From the human T2T-CHM13v2.0 reference genome, Homo sapiens: a DNA stretch of 64,000 bases. Shown one piece after another: positions 44,820 to 58,482 of the stretch. Position numbers and translations under genes: made by a program. Position 1 is the stretch's first letter, and each line of letters begins with the position of its first letter. The stretch lies in assembly GCF_009914755.1 (NCBI RefSeq), contig NC_060925.1, one strand, 5' to 3'. The notes under the pieces are model-generated. The model was not told where the DNA came from. It was given only the letters and a program-made list of their open reading frames with translations, and ran no database searches.

Positions 44820-45750
44820 AATGGAATAATCCATGGACTCGAATGCCATCATAATCGAATGGAATCGAATGGAATCATCGAATGGACTCGAATGGAATAA
44901 TCATTGAACGGAATCGAATGGAATCATCATCGGATGGAAATGAATGGAATCATCATCGAATGGAATCGAATAGAATTATGGAATGAAATCCAGTGTGATC
45001 ATCATCGAATGGACCCGAATGGAATCATCATCCAACGGAAGCTAGTGGAATCAACATCGAATGAATCAAATGGAAACACCATCGAATTGAAACGAATGGA
45101 ATTATCATGAAATTGAAATGGATGGACTCATCATCGAATGGATTCGAATGGAATCATCGAATAAAATTGATTGAAATCATCATCCAATGGAATCGAATGG
45201 TATCATTGAATGGAATCGAATGGAATCATCATCAGATGGAAATGAATGGAATCGTCATAGAATGGAATCGAATGGATTCATTGAATGGAATCAGATGGAA
45301 TCATCGAATGGACTGGAATGGAATCATTGAATGGACTCGAAAGGGATCATTATTGAATGGAATTGAATGGAATCATCGAATGGTCTCGATTGGAATCATT
45401 ACCAAATGGAATCGAATGGAATCACCGAATAGAATCGAATGGAACAATCATCGAATGGACTCAAATGGAATTATCCTCCAATGGAATCGAATGGAATTAT
45501 CGAATGCAATCGAATGGAATTATCGAATGCAATCGAATAGAATCATCGAATGGACTCGAATGGAATCATCGAATGGAATGGAATGGAACAGTCAATGAAC
45601 TCGAATGGAATCATCATTGAATGGAATCGAATGGAATCATCGAGTGGAATCGAATGGAATTATGATCAAATGGAATCGAATGTTATCATCATCAAATGGA
45701 ATCAAAAATAACCATCATCAATTGGTATTGAATGGAATTGTCATCAAATG
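44443..45750 (+). repeat. 1308-bp variant unit (one hybrid a/b block)
   Basis: EcoRI spacing is 1308 = 1776-468. The block at 44603 begins with a-type markers and runs directly into the 840-bp part. Confidence 0.9.
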
Positions 45751-48700
45751 GAATTCAAAGGAATCATCATCAAATGGAACCGAATGGAATCCTCATTGAA
45801 TGGAAATGAAAGGGGTCATCATCTAATGGAATCGCATGGAATCATCATCAAATGGAATCGAATGGAATCATCATCAAATGGAATCTAATGGAATCATTGA
45901 ACAGAATTGAATGGAATCGTCATCGAATGAATTGAATGCAATCATCGAATGGTCTCGAATGGAATCATCTTCAAATGGAATGGAATGGAATCATCGCATA
46001 GAATCGAATGGAATTATCATCGAATGGAATCGAATGGAATCAACATCAAACGGAAAAAAACGGAATTATCGAATGGAATCGAAGAGAATCATCGAATGGA
46101 CCCGAATGGAATCATCTAATGGAATGGAATGGAATAATCCATGGACTGGAAGGCAATCATCATTGAACGGAATCGAAAGGAATCATCATCGGATGGAAAC
46201 GAATGGAATCATCATCGAATGGAAATGAAAGGAGTCATCATCTAATGGAATTGCATGGAATCATCATAAAATGGAATCGAATGGAATCAACATCAAATGG
46301 AATCAAATGGAATCATTGAACGGAATTGAATGGAATCGTCATCGAATGAATTGACTGCAATCATCGAATGGTCTCGAATGGAATCATCTTCAAATGGAAT
46401 GGAATGGAATCATCGCATAGAATCGAATGGAATTATCATCGAATGGAATCGAATGGAATCAACATCAAACGGAAAAAAACGGAATTATCGAATGGAATCG
46501 AATAGAATCATCGAATGGACCCGAATGGAATCATCTAATGGAATGGAATGGAATAATCCGTGGACTCGAATGCAATCATCATCGAATGTAATCGAATGGA
46601 ATCATCCAATGGACTCGAATGGAATAATCATTGAACGGAATCGAATGGAATCATCATCGGATGGAAATGAATGGAATCATCATCGAATGGAATCGAATAG
46701 AATTATGGAATGAAATCCAGTGTGATCATCATCGAATGGACCCGAATGGAATCATCATCCAACGGATGCTAATGGAATCAACATCGAATGAATCAAATGG
46801 AAACACCATCGAATTGAAACGAATGGAATTACCATGAAATTGAAATGGATGGACTCATCATCGAATGGATTCGAATGGAATCATCGAATAAAATTGATTG
46901 AAATCATCATCGAATGGAATCGAATGGTATCATTGAATGGAATCGAATGGAATCATCATCAGATGGAAATGAATGGAATCGTCATAGAATGGAATCGAAT
47001 GGATTCATTGAATGGAATCAGAACGAATCATCGAATGGACTGGAATGGAATCATTGAATGGACTCGAAAGGGATCATGATTGAATGGAATTGAATGGAAT
47101 CATCGAATGGTCTCGATTGGAATCATTATCAAATGGAATCGAATGGAATCACCGAATAGAATCGAATGGAACAATCATCGAATGGACTCAAATGGAATTA
47201 TCCTCCAATGGAATCGAATGGAATTATCGAATGCAATCGAATGGAATTATCGAATGCAATCGAATAGAATCATCGAATGGACTCGAATGGAATCATCGAA
47301 TGGAATGGAATGGAACAGTCAATGAACTCGAATGGAATCATCATTGAATGGAATCGAATGGAATCATCGAGTGGAATCGAATGGAATTATGATCAAATGG
47401 AATCGAATGTAATCATCATCAAATGGAATCAAAAATAACCATCATCAATTGGTATTGAATGGAATTGTCATCAAATGGAATTCAAAGGAATCATCATCAA
47501 ATGGAACCGAATGGAATCCTCATTGAATGGAAATGAAAGGGGTCATCATCTAATGGAATCGCATGGAATCATCATCAAATGGAATCGAATGGAATCATCA
47601 TCAAATGGAATCTAATGGAATCATTGAACAGAATTGAATGGAATCGTCATCGAATGAATTGAATGCAATCATCGAATGGTCTCGAATGGAATCATCTTCT
47701 AATGGAAAGGAATGGAATCATCGCATAGAATCGAATGGAATTATCATCGAATGGAATCGAATGGTATCAACACCAAACGGAAAAAAACGGAATTATCGAA
47801 TGGAATCGAAGAGAATCTTCGAACGGACCCGAATGGAATCATCTAATGGAATGGAATGGAATAATCCATGGACTCGAATGCAATCATCATCGAATGGAAT
47901 CGAATGGAATCATCGAATGGACTCGAATGGAATAATCATTGAACGGAATCGAATGGAATCATCATCGGATGGAAACGAATGGAATCATCATCGAATGGAA
48001 ATGAAAGGAGTCATCATCTAATGGAATTGCATGGAATCATCATAAAATGGAATCGAATGGAATCAACATCAAATGGAATCAAATGGAATCATTGAACGGA
48101 ATTGAATGGAATCGTCATCGAATGAATTGACTGCAATCATCGAATGGTCTCGAATGGAATCATCTTCAAATGGAATGGAATGGAATCATCGCATAGAATC
48201 GAATGGAATTATCATCGAATGGAATCGAATGGAATCAACATCAAACGGAAAAAAACGGAATTATCGAATGGAATCGAAGAGAATCATCGAATGGACCCGA
48301 ATGGAATCATCTAATGGAATGGAATGGAATAATCCATGGACTCGAATGCAATCATCATCGAATGGAATCGAATGGAATCATCGAATGGACTCGAATGGAA
48401 TAATCATTGAACGGAATCGAATGGAATCATCATCGGATGGAAATGAATGGAATCATCATCGAATGGAATCGAATAGAATTATGGAATGAAATCCAGTGTG
48501 ATCATCATCGAATGGACCCGAATGGAATCATCATCCAACGGAAGCTAATGGAATCAACATCGAATGAATCGAATGGAAACACCATCGAATTGAAACGAAT
48601 GGAATTATCATGAAATTGAAATGGATGGACTCATCATCGAATGGATTCGAATGGAATCATCGAATAAAATTGATTGAAATCATCATCGAATGGAATCGAA

Positions 48701-49253
48701 TGGTATCATTGAATGGAATCGAATGGAATCATCATCAGATGGAAATGAATGGAATCGTCATAGAATGGAATCGAATGGATTCATTGAATGGAATCAGATG
48801 GAATCATCGAATGGACTGGAATGGAATCATTGAATGGACTCGAAAGGGATCATGATTGAATGGAATTGAATGGAATCATCGAATGGTCTCGATTGGAATC
48901 ATTATCAAATGGAATCGAATGGAATCACCGAATAGAATCGAATGGAACAATCATCGAATGGACTCAAATGGAATTATCCTCAAATGGAATCGAATGGAAT
49001 TATCGAATGCAATCGAATGGAATTATCGAATGCAATCGAATAGAATCATCGAAAGGACTCGAATGGAATCATCGAATGGAATGGAATGGAACAGTCAATG
49101 AACTCGAATGGAATCATCATTGAATGGAATCGAATGGAATCATCGAGTGGAATCGAATGGAATTATGATCAAATGGAATCGAATGTAATCCTCATCAAAT
49201 GGAATCAAAAATAACCATCATCAATTGGTATTGAATGGAATTGTCATCAAATG

Positions 49254-52200
49254 GAATTCAAAGGAATCATCATCAAATGGAACCGAATGGAATCCTCATT
49301 GAATGGAAATGAAAGGGGTCATCATCTAATGGAATCGCATGGAATCATCATCAAATGGAATCGAATGGAATCATCATCAAATGGAATCTAATGGAATCAT
49401 TGAACAGAATTGAATGGAATCGTCATCGAATGAATTGAATGCAATCATCGAATGGTCTCGAATGGAATCATCTTCTAATGGAAAGGAATGGAATCATCGC
49501 ATAGAATCGAATGGAATTATCATCGAATGGAATCGAATGGTATCAACACCAAACGGAAAAAAACGGAATTATCGAATGGAATCGAAGAGAATCTTCGAAC
49601 GGACCCGAATGGAATCATCTAATGGAATGGAATGCAATAATCCATGGACTCGAATGCAATCATCATCGAATGGAATGGAATGGAATCATCGAATGGACTC
49701 GAATGGAATAATCATTGAACGGAATCGAATGGAATCATCATCGGATGGAAACGAATGGAATCATCATCGAATGGAAATGAAAGGAGTCATCATCTAATGG
49801 AATTGCATGGAATCATCATAAAATGGAATCGAATGGAATCAACATCAAATGGAATCAAATGGAATCATTGAACGGAATTGAATGGAATCGTCATCGAATG
49901 AATTGACTGCAATCATCGAATGTTCTCGAATGGAATCATCTTCAAATGGAATGGAATGGAATCATCGCATAGAATCGAATGGAATTATCATCGAATGGAA
50001 TCGAATGGAATCAACATCAAACGGAAAAAAACGGAATTATCGTATGGAATCGAAGAGAATCATCGAATGGACCCGAATGGAATCATCTAATGGAATGGAA
50101 TGGAATAATCCATGGACTCGAATGCAATCATCATCGAATGGAATCGAATGGAATCATCGAATGGACTCGAATGGAATAATCATTGAACGGAATCGAATGG
50201 AATCATCATCGGATGGAAATGAATGGAATCATCATCGAATGGAATCGAATAGAATTATGGAATGAAATCCAGTGTGATCATCATCGAATGGACCCGAATG
50301 GAATCATCATCCAACGGAAGCTAATGGAATCAACATCGAATGAATCGAATGGAAACACCATCGAATTGAAACGAATGGAATTATCATGAAATAGAAATGG
50401 ATGGACTCATCATCGAATGGATTCGAATGGAATCATCGAATAAAATTGATTGAAATCATCATCGAATGGAATCGAATGGTATCATTGAATGGAATCGAAT
50501 GGAATCATCATCAGATGGAAATGAATGGAATCGTCATAGAATGGAATCGAATGGATTCATTGAATGGAATCAGATGGAATCATCGAATGGACTGGAATGG
50601 AATCATTGAATGGACTCGAAAGGGATCATGATTGAATGGAATTGAATGGAATCATCGAATGGTCTCGATTGGAATCATTATCAAATGGAATCGAATGGAA
50701 TCACCGAATAGAATCGAATGGAACAATCATCGAATGGACTCAAATGGAATTATCCTCCAATGGAATCGAATGGAATTATCGAATGCAATCGAATGGAATT
50801 ATCGAATGCAATCGAATAGAATCATCGAAAGGACTCGAATGGAATCATCGAATGGAATGGAATGGAACAGTCAATGAACTCGAATGGAATCATCATTGAA
50901 TGGAATCGAATGGAATCATCGAGTGGAATCGAATGGAATTATGATCAAATGGAATCGAATGTAATCATCATCAAATGGAATCAAAAATAACCATCATCAA
51001 TTGGTATTGAATGGAATTGTCATCAAATGGAATTCAAAGGAATCATCATCAAATGGAACCGAATGGAATCCTCATTGAATGGAAATGAAAGGGGTCATCA
51101 TCTAATGGAATCGCATGGAATCATCATCAAATGGAATCGAATGGAATCATCATCAAATGGAATCTAATGGAATCATTGAACAGAATTGAATGGAATCGTC
51201 ATCGAATGAATTGAATGCAATCATCGAATGGTCTCGAATGGAATCATCTTCTAATGGAAAGGAATGGAATCATCGCATAGAATCGAATGGAATTATCATC
51301 GAATGGAATCGAATGGTATCAACACCAAACGGAAAAAAACGGAATTATCGAATGGAATCGAAGAGAATCTTCGAACGGACCCGAATGGAATCATCTAATG
51401 GAATGGAATGGAATAATCCATGGACTCGAATGCAATCATCATTGAATGGAATCGAATGGAATCATCGAATGGACTCGAATGGAATAATCATTGAACGGAA
51501 TCGAATGGAATCATCATCGGATGGAAATGAATGGAATCATCATCGAATGGAATCGAATAGAATTATGGAATGAAATCCAGTGTGATCATCATCGAATGGA
51601 CCCGAATGGAATCATCATCCAACGGAAGCTAATGGAATCAACATCGAATGAATCGAATGGAAACACCATCGAATTGAAACGAATGGAATTATCATGAAAT
51701 TGAAATGGATGGACTCATCATCGAATGGATTCGAATGGAATCATCGAATAAAATTGATTGAAATCATCATCCAATGGAATCGAATGGTATCATTGAATGG
51801 AATCGAATGGAATCATCATCAGATGGAAATGAATGGAATCGTCATAGAATGGAATCGAATGGATTCATTGAATGGAATCAGATGGAATCATCGAATGGAC
51901 TGGAATGGAATCATTGAATGGACTCGAAAGGGATCATTATTGAATGGAATTGAATGGAATCATCGAATGGTCTCGATTGGAATCATTACCAAGTGGAATC
52001 GAATGGAATCACCGAATAGAATCGAATGGAACAATCATCGAATGGACTCAAATGGAATTATCCTCAAATGGAATCGAATGGAATTATCGAATGCAATCGA
52101 ATAGAATCATCGAATGGACTCGAATGGAATCATCGAATGGAATGGAATGGAACAGTCAATGAACTCGAATGGAATCATCATTGAATGGAATCGAATGGAA

Positions 52201-55200
52201 TCATCGAGTGGAATCGAATGGAATTATGATCAAATGGAATCGAATGTAATCATCATCTAATGGAATCAAAAATAACCATCATCAATTGGTATTGAATGGA
52301 ATTGTCATCAAATGGAATTCAAAGGAATCATCATCAAATGGAACCGAATGGAATCCTCATTGAATGGAAATGAAAGGGGTCATCATCTAATGGAATCGCA
52401 TGGAATCATCATCAAATGGAATCGAATGGAATCATCATCAAATGGAATCTAATGGAATCATTGAACAGAATTGAATGGAATCGTCATCGAATGAATTGAA
52501 TGCAATCATCGAATGGTCTCGAATGGAATCATCTTCTAATGGAAAGGAATGGAATCATCGCATAGAATCGAATGGAATTATCATCGAATGGAATCGAATG
52601 GTATCAACACCAAACGGAAAAAAACGGAATTATCGAATGGAATCGAAGAGAATCTTCGAACGGACCCGAATGGAATCATCTAATGGAATGGAATGGAATA
52701 ATCCATGGACTCGAATGCAATCATCATCGAATGGAATGGAATGGAATCATCGAATGGACACGAATGGAATAATCATTGAACGGAATCGAATGGAATCATC
52801 ATCGGATGGAAACGAATGGAATCATCATCGAATGGAAATGAAAGGAGTCATCATCTAATGGAATTGCATGGAATCATCATAAAATGGAATCGAATGGAAT
52901 CAACATCAAATGGAATCAAATGGAATCATTGAACGGAATTGAATGGAATCGTCATCGAATGAATTGACTGCAATCATCGAATGTTCTCGAATGGAATCAT
53001 CTTCAAATGGAATGGAATGGAATCATCGCATAGAATCGAATGGAATTATCATCGAATGGAATCGAATGGAATCAACATCAAACGGAAAAAAACGGAATTA
53101 TCGTATGGAATCGAAGAGAATCATCGAATGGACCCGAATGGAATCATCTAATGGAATGGAATGGAATAATCCATGGACTCGAATGCAATCATCATCGAAT
53201 GGAATCGAATGGAATCATCGAATGGACTCAAATGGAATAATCATTGAACGGAATCGAATGGAATCATCATCGGATGGAAATGAATGGAATCATCATCGAA
53301 TGGAATCGAATAGAATTATGGAATGAAATCCAGTGTGATCATCATCGAATGGACCCGAATGGAATCATCATCCAACGGAAGCTAATGGAATCAACATCGA
53401 ATGAATCGAATGGAAACACCATCGAATTGAAACGAATGGAATTATCATGAAATTGAAATGGATGGACTCATCATCGAATGGATTCGAATGGAATCATCGA
53501 ATAAAATTGATTGAAATCATCATCGAATGGAATCGAATGGTATCATTGAATGGAATCGAATGGAATCATCATCAGATGGAAATGAATGGAATCGTCATAG
53601 AATGGAATCGAATGGATTCATTGAATGGAATCAGATGGAATCATCGAATGGACTGGAATGGAATCATTGAATGGACTCGAAAGGGATCATGATTGAATGG
53701 AATTGAATGGAATCATCGAATGGTCTCGATTGGAATCATTATCAAATGGAATCGAATGGAATCACCGAATAGAATCGAATGGAACAATCATCGAATGGAC
53801 TCAAATGGAATTATCCTCAAATGGAATCGAATGGAATTATCGAATGCAATCGAATGGAATTATCGAATGCAATCGAATAGAATCATCGAAAGGACTCGAA
53901 TGGAATCATCGAATGGAATGGAATGGAACAGTCAATGAACTCGAATGGAATCATCATTGAATGGAATCGAATGGAATCATCGAGTGGAATCGAATGGAAT
54001 TATGATCAAATGGAATCGAATGTAATCATCATCAAATGGAATCAAAAATAACCATCATCAATTGGTATTGAATGGAATTGTCATCAAATGGAATTCAAAG
54101 GAATCATCATCAAATGGAACCGAATGGAATCCTCATTGAATGGAAATGAAAGGGGTCATCATCTAATGGAATCGCATGGAATCATCATCAAATGGAATCG
54201 AATGGAATCATCATCAAATGGAATCTAATGGAATCATTGAACAGAATTGAATGGAATCGTCATCGAATGAATTGAATGCAATCATCGAATGGTCTCGAAT
54301 GGAATCATCTTCTAATGGAAAGGAATGGAATCATCGCATAGAATCGAATGGAATTATCATCGAATGGAATCGAATGGTATCAACACCAAACGGAAAAAAA
54401 CGGAATTATCGAATGGAATCGAAGAGAATCTTCGAACGGACCCGAATGGAATCATCTAATGGAATGGAATGGAATAATCCATGGACTCGAATGCAATCAT
54501 CATCGAATGGAATCGAATGGAATCATCGAATGGACTCGAATGGAATAATCATTGAACGGAATCGAATGGAATCATCATCGGATGGAAATGAATGGAATCA
54601 TCATCGAATGGAATCGAATAGAATTAAGGAATGAAATCCAGTGTGATCATCATCGAATGGACCCGAATGGAATCATCATCCAACGGAAGCTAATGGAATC
54701 AACATCGAATGAATCGAATGGAAACACCATCGAATTGAAACGAATGGAATTATCATGAAATTGAAATGGATGGATTCATCATCGAATGGATTCGAATGGA
54801 ATCATCGAATAAAATTGATTGAAATCATCATCCAATGGAATCGAATGGTATCATTGAATGGAATCGAATGGAATCATCATCAGATGGAAATGAATGGAAT
54901 CGTCATAGAATGTAATCGAATGGATTCATTGAATGGAATCAGATGGAATCATCGAATGGACTGGAATGGAATCATTGAATGGACTCGAAAGGGATCATTA
55001 TTGAATGGAATTGAATGGAATCATCGAATGGTCTCGATTGGAATCATTACCAAATGGAATCGAATGGAATCACCGAATAGAATCGAATGGAACAATCATC
55101 GAATGGACTCAAATGGAATTATCCTCAAATGGAATCGAATGGAATTATCGAATGCAATCGAATGGAATTATCGAATGCAATCGAATAGAATCATCGAATG

Positions 55201-58200
55201 GACTCGAATGGAATCATCGAATGGAATGGAATGGAACAGTCAATGAACTCGAATGGAATCATCATTGAATGGAATCGAATGGAATCATCGAGTGGAATCG
55301 AATGGAATTATGATCAAATGGAATCGAATGTAATCATCATCAAATGGAATCAAAAATAACCATCATCAATTGGTATTGAATGGAATTGTCATCAAATGGA
55401 ATTCAAAGGAATCATCATCAAATGGAACCGAATTGAATCCTCATTGAATGGAAATGAAAGGGGTCATCATCTAATGGAATCGCATGGAATCATCATCAAA
55501 TGGAATCGAATGGAATCATCATCAAATGGAATCTAATGGAATCATTGAACAGAATTGAATGGAATCGTCATCGAATGAATTGAATGCAATCATCGAATGG
55601 TCTCGAATGGAATCATCTTCTAATGGAAAGGAATGGAATCATCGCATAGAATCGAATGGAATTATCATCGAATGGAATCGAATGGTATCAACACCAAACG
55701 GAAAAAAACGGAATTATCGAATGGAATCGAAGAGAATCTTCGAACGGACCCGAATGGAATCATCTAATGGAATGGAATGGAATAATCCATGGACTCGAAT
55801 GCAATCATCATCGAATGGAATGGAATGGAATCATCGAATGGACACGAATGGAATAATCATTGAACGGAATCGAATGGAATCATCATCGGATGGAAACGAA
55901 TGGAATCATCATCGAATGGAAATGAAAGGAGTCATCATCTAATGGAATTGCATGGAATCATCATAAAATGGAATCGAATGGAATCAACATCAAATGGAAT
56001 CAAATGGAATCATTGAACGGAATTGAATGGAATCGTCATCGAATGAATTGACTGCAATCATCGAATGTTCTCGAATGGAATCATCTTCAAATGGAATGGA
56101 ATGGAATCATCGCATAGAATCGAATGGAATTATCATCGAATGGAATCGAATGGAATCAACATCAAACGGAAAAAAACGGAATTATCGTATGGAATCGAAG
56201 AGAATCATCGAATGGACCCGAATGGAATCATCTAATGGAATGGAATGGAATAATCCATGGACTCGAATGCAATCATCATCGAATGGAATCGAATGGAATC
56301 ATCGAATGGACTCAAATGGAATAATCATTGAACGGAATCGAATGGAATCATCATCGGATGGAAATGAATGGAATCATCATCGAATGGAATCGAATAGAAT
56401 TATGGAATGAAATCCAGTGTGATCATCATCGAATGGACCCGAATGGAATCATCATCCAACGGAAGCTAATGGAATCAACATCGAATGAATCGAATGGAAA
56501 CACCATCGAATTGAAACGAATGGAATTATCATGAAATTGAAATGGATGGACTCATCATCGAATGGATTCGAATGGAATCATCGAATAAAATTGATTGAAA
56601 TCATCATCGAATGGAATCGAATGGTATCATTGAATGGAATCGAATGGAATCATCATCAGATGGAAATGAATGGAATCGTCATAGAATGGAATCGAATGGA
56701 TTCATTGAATGGAATCAGATGGAATCATCGAATGGACTGGAATGGAATCATTGAATGGACTCGAAAGGGATCATGATTGAATGGAATTGAATGGAATCAT
56801 CGAATGGTCTCGATTGGAATCATTATCAAATGGAATCGAATGGAATCACCGAATAGAATCGAATGGAACAATCATCGAATGGACTCAAATGGAATTATCC
56901 TCAAATGGAATCGAATGGAATTATCGAATGCAATCGAATGGAATTATCGAATGCAATCGAATAGAATCATCGAAAGGACTCGAATGGAATCATCGAATGG
57001 AATGGAATGGAACAGTCAATGAACTCGAATGGAATCATCATTGAATGGAATCGAATGGAATCATCGAGTGGAATCGAATGGAATTATGATCAAATGGAAT
57101 CGAATGTAATCATCATCAAATGGAATCAAAAATAACCATCATCAATTGGTATTGAATGGAATTGTCATCAAATGGAATTCAAAGGAATCATCATCAAATG
57201 GAACCGAATGGAATCCTCATTGAATGGAAATGAAAGGGGTCATCATCTAATGGAATCGCATGGAATCATCATCAAATGGAATCGAATGGAATCATCATCA
57301 AATGGAATCTAATGGAATCATTGAACAGAATTGAATGGAATCGTCATCGAATGAATTGAATGCAATCATCGAATGGTCTCGAATGGAATCATCTTCTAAT
57401 GGAAAGGAATGGAATCATCGCATAGAATCGAATGGAATTATCATCGAATGGAATCGAATGGTATCAACACCAAACGGAAAAAAACGGAATTATCGTATGG
57501 AATCGAAGAGAATCATCGAATGGACCCGAATGGAATCATCTAATGGAATGGAATGGAATAATCCATGGACTCGAATGCAATCATCATCGAATGGAATCGA
57601 ATGGAATCATCGAATGGACTCGAATGGAATAATAATTGAACGGAATCGAATGGAATCATCATCGGATGGAAATGAATGGAATCATCATCGAATGGAATCG
57701 AATAGAATTATGGAATGAAATCCAGTGTGATCATCATCGAATGGACCCGAATGGAATCATCATCCAACGGAAGCTAATGGAATCAACATCGAATGAATCG
57801 AATGGAAACACCATCGAATTGAAACGAATGGAATTATCATGAAATTGAAATGGATGGACACATCATCGAATGGATTCGAATGGAATCATCGAATAAAATT
57901 GATTGAAATCATCATCAAATGGAATCGAATGGTATCATTGAATGGAATCGAATGGAATCATCATCAGATGGAAATGAATGGAATCGTCATAGAATGGCAT
58001 CGAATGGATTCATTGAATGGAATCAGATGGAATCATCGAATGGACTGGAATGGAATCATTGAATGGACTTGAAAGGGATCATTATTGAATGGAATTGAAT
58101 GGAATCATCGAATGGTCTCGATTGGAATCATTATCAAATGGAATCGAATGGAATCACCGAATAGAATCGAATGGAACAATCATCGAATGGACTCAAATGG

Positions 58201-58482
58201 AATTATCCTCAAATGGAATCGAATGGAATTATCGAATGCAATCGAATGGAATTATCGAATGCAATCGAATAGAATCATCGAATGGACTCGAATGGAATCA
58301 TCGAATGGAATGGAATGGAACAGTCAATGAACTCGAATGGAATCATCATTGAATGGAATCGAATGGAATCATCGAGTGGAATCGAATGGAATTATGATCA
58401 AATGGAATCGAATGTAATCATCATCAAATGGAATCAAAAATAACCATCATGAATTGGTATTGAATGGAATTGTCATCAAATG
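49254..58482 (+). repeat. About three copies of a 3084-bp (1776+1308) higher-order repeat
   Basis: EcoRI spacings are 1776, 1285, 1776, 1308, 1776, 1308. The private TGTTCTC variant occurs at 49923, 52984 and 56068 (offsets 3061 and 3084). Confidence 0.87.
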
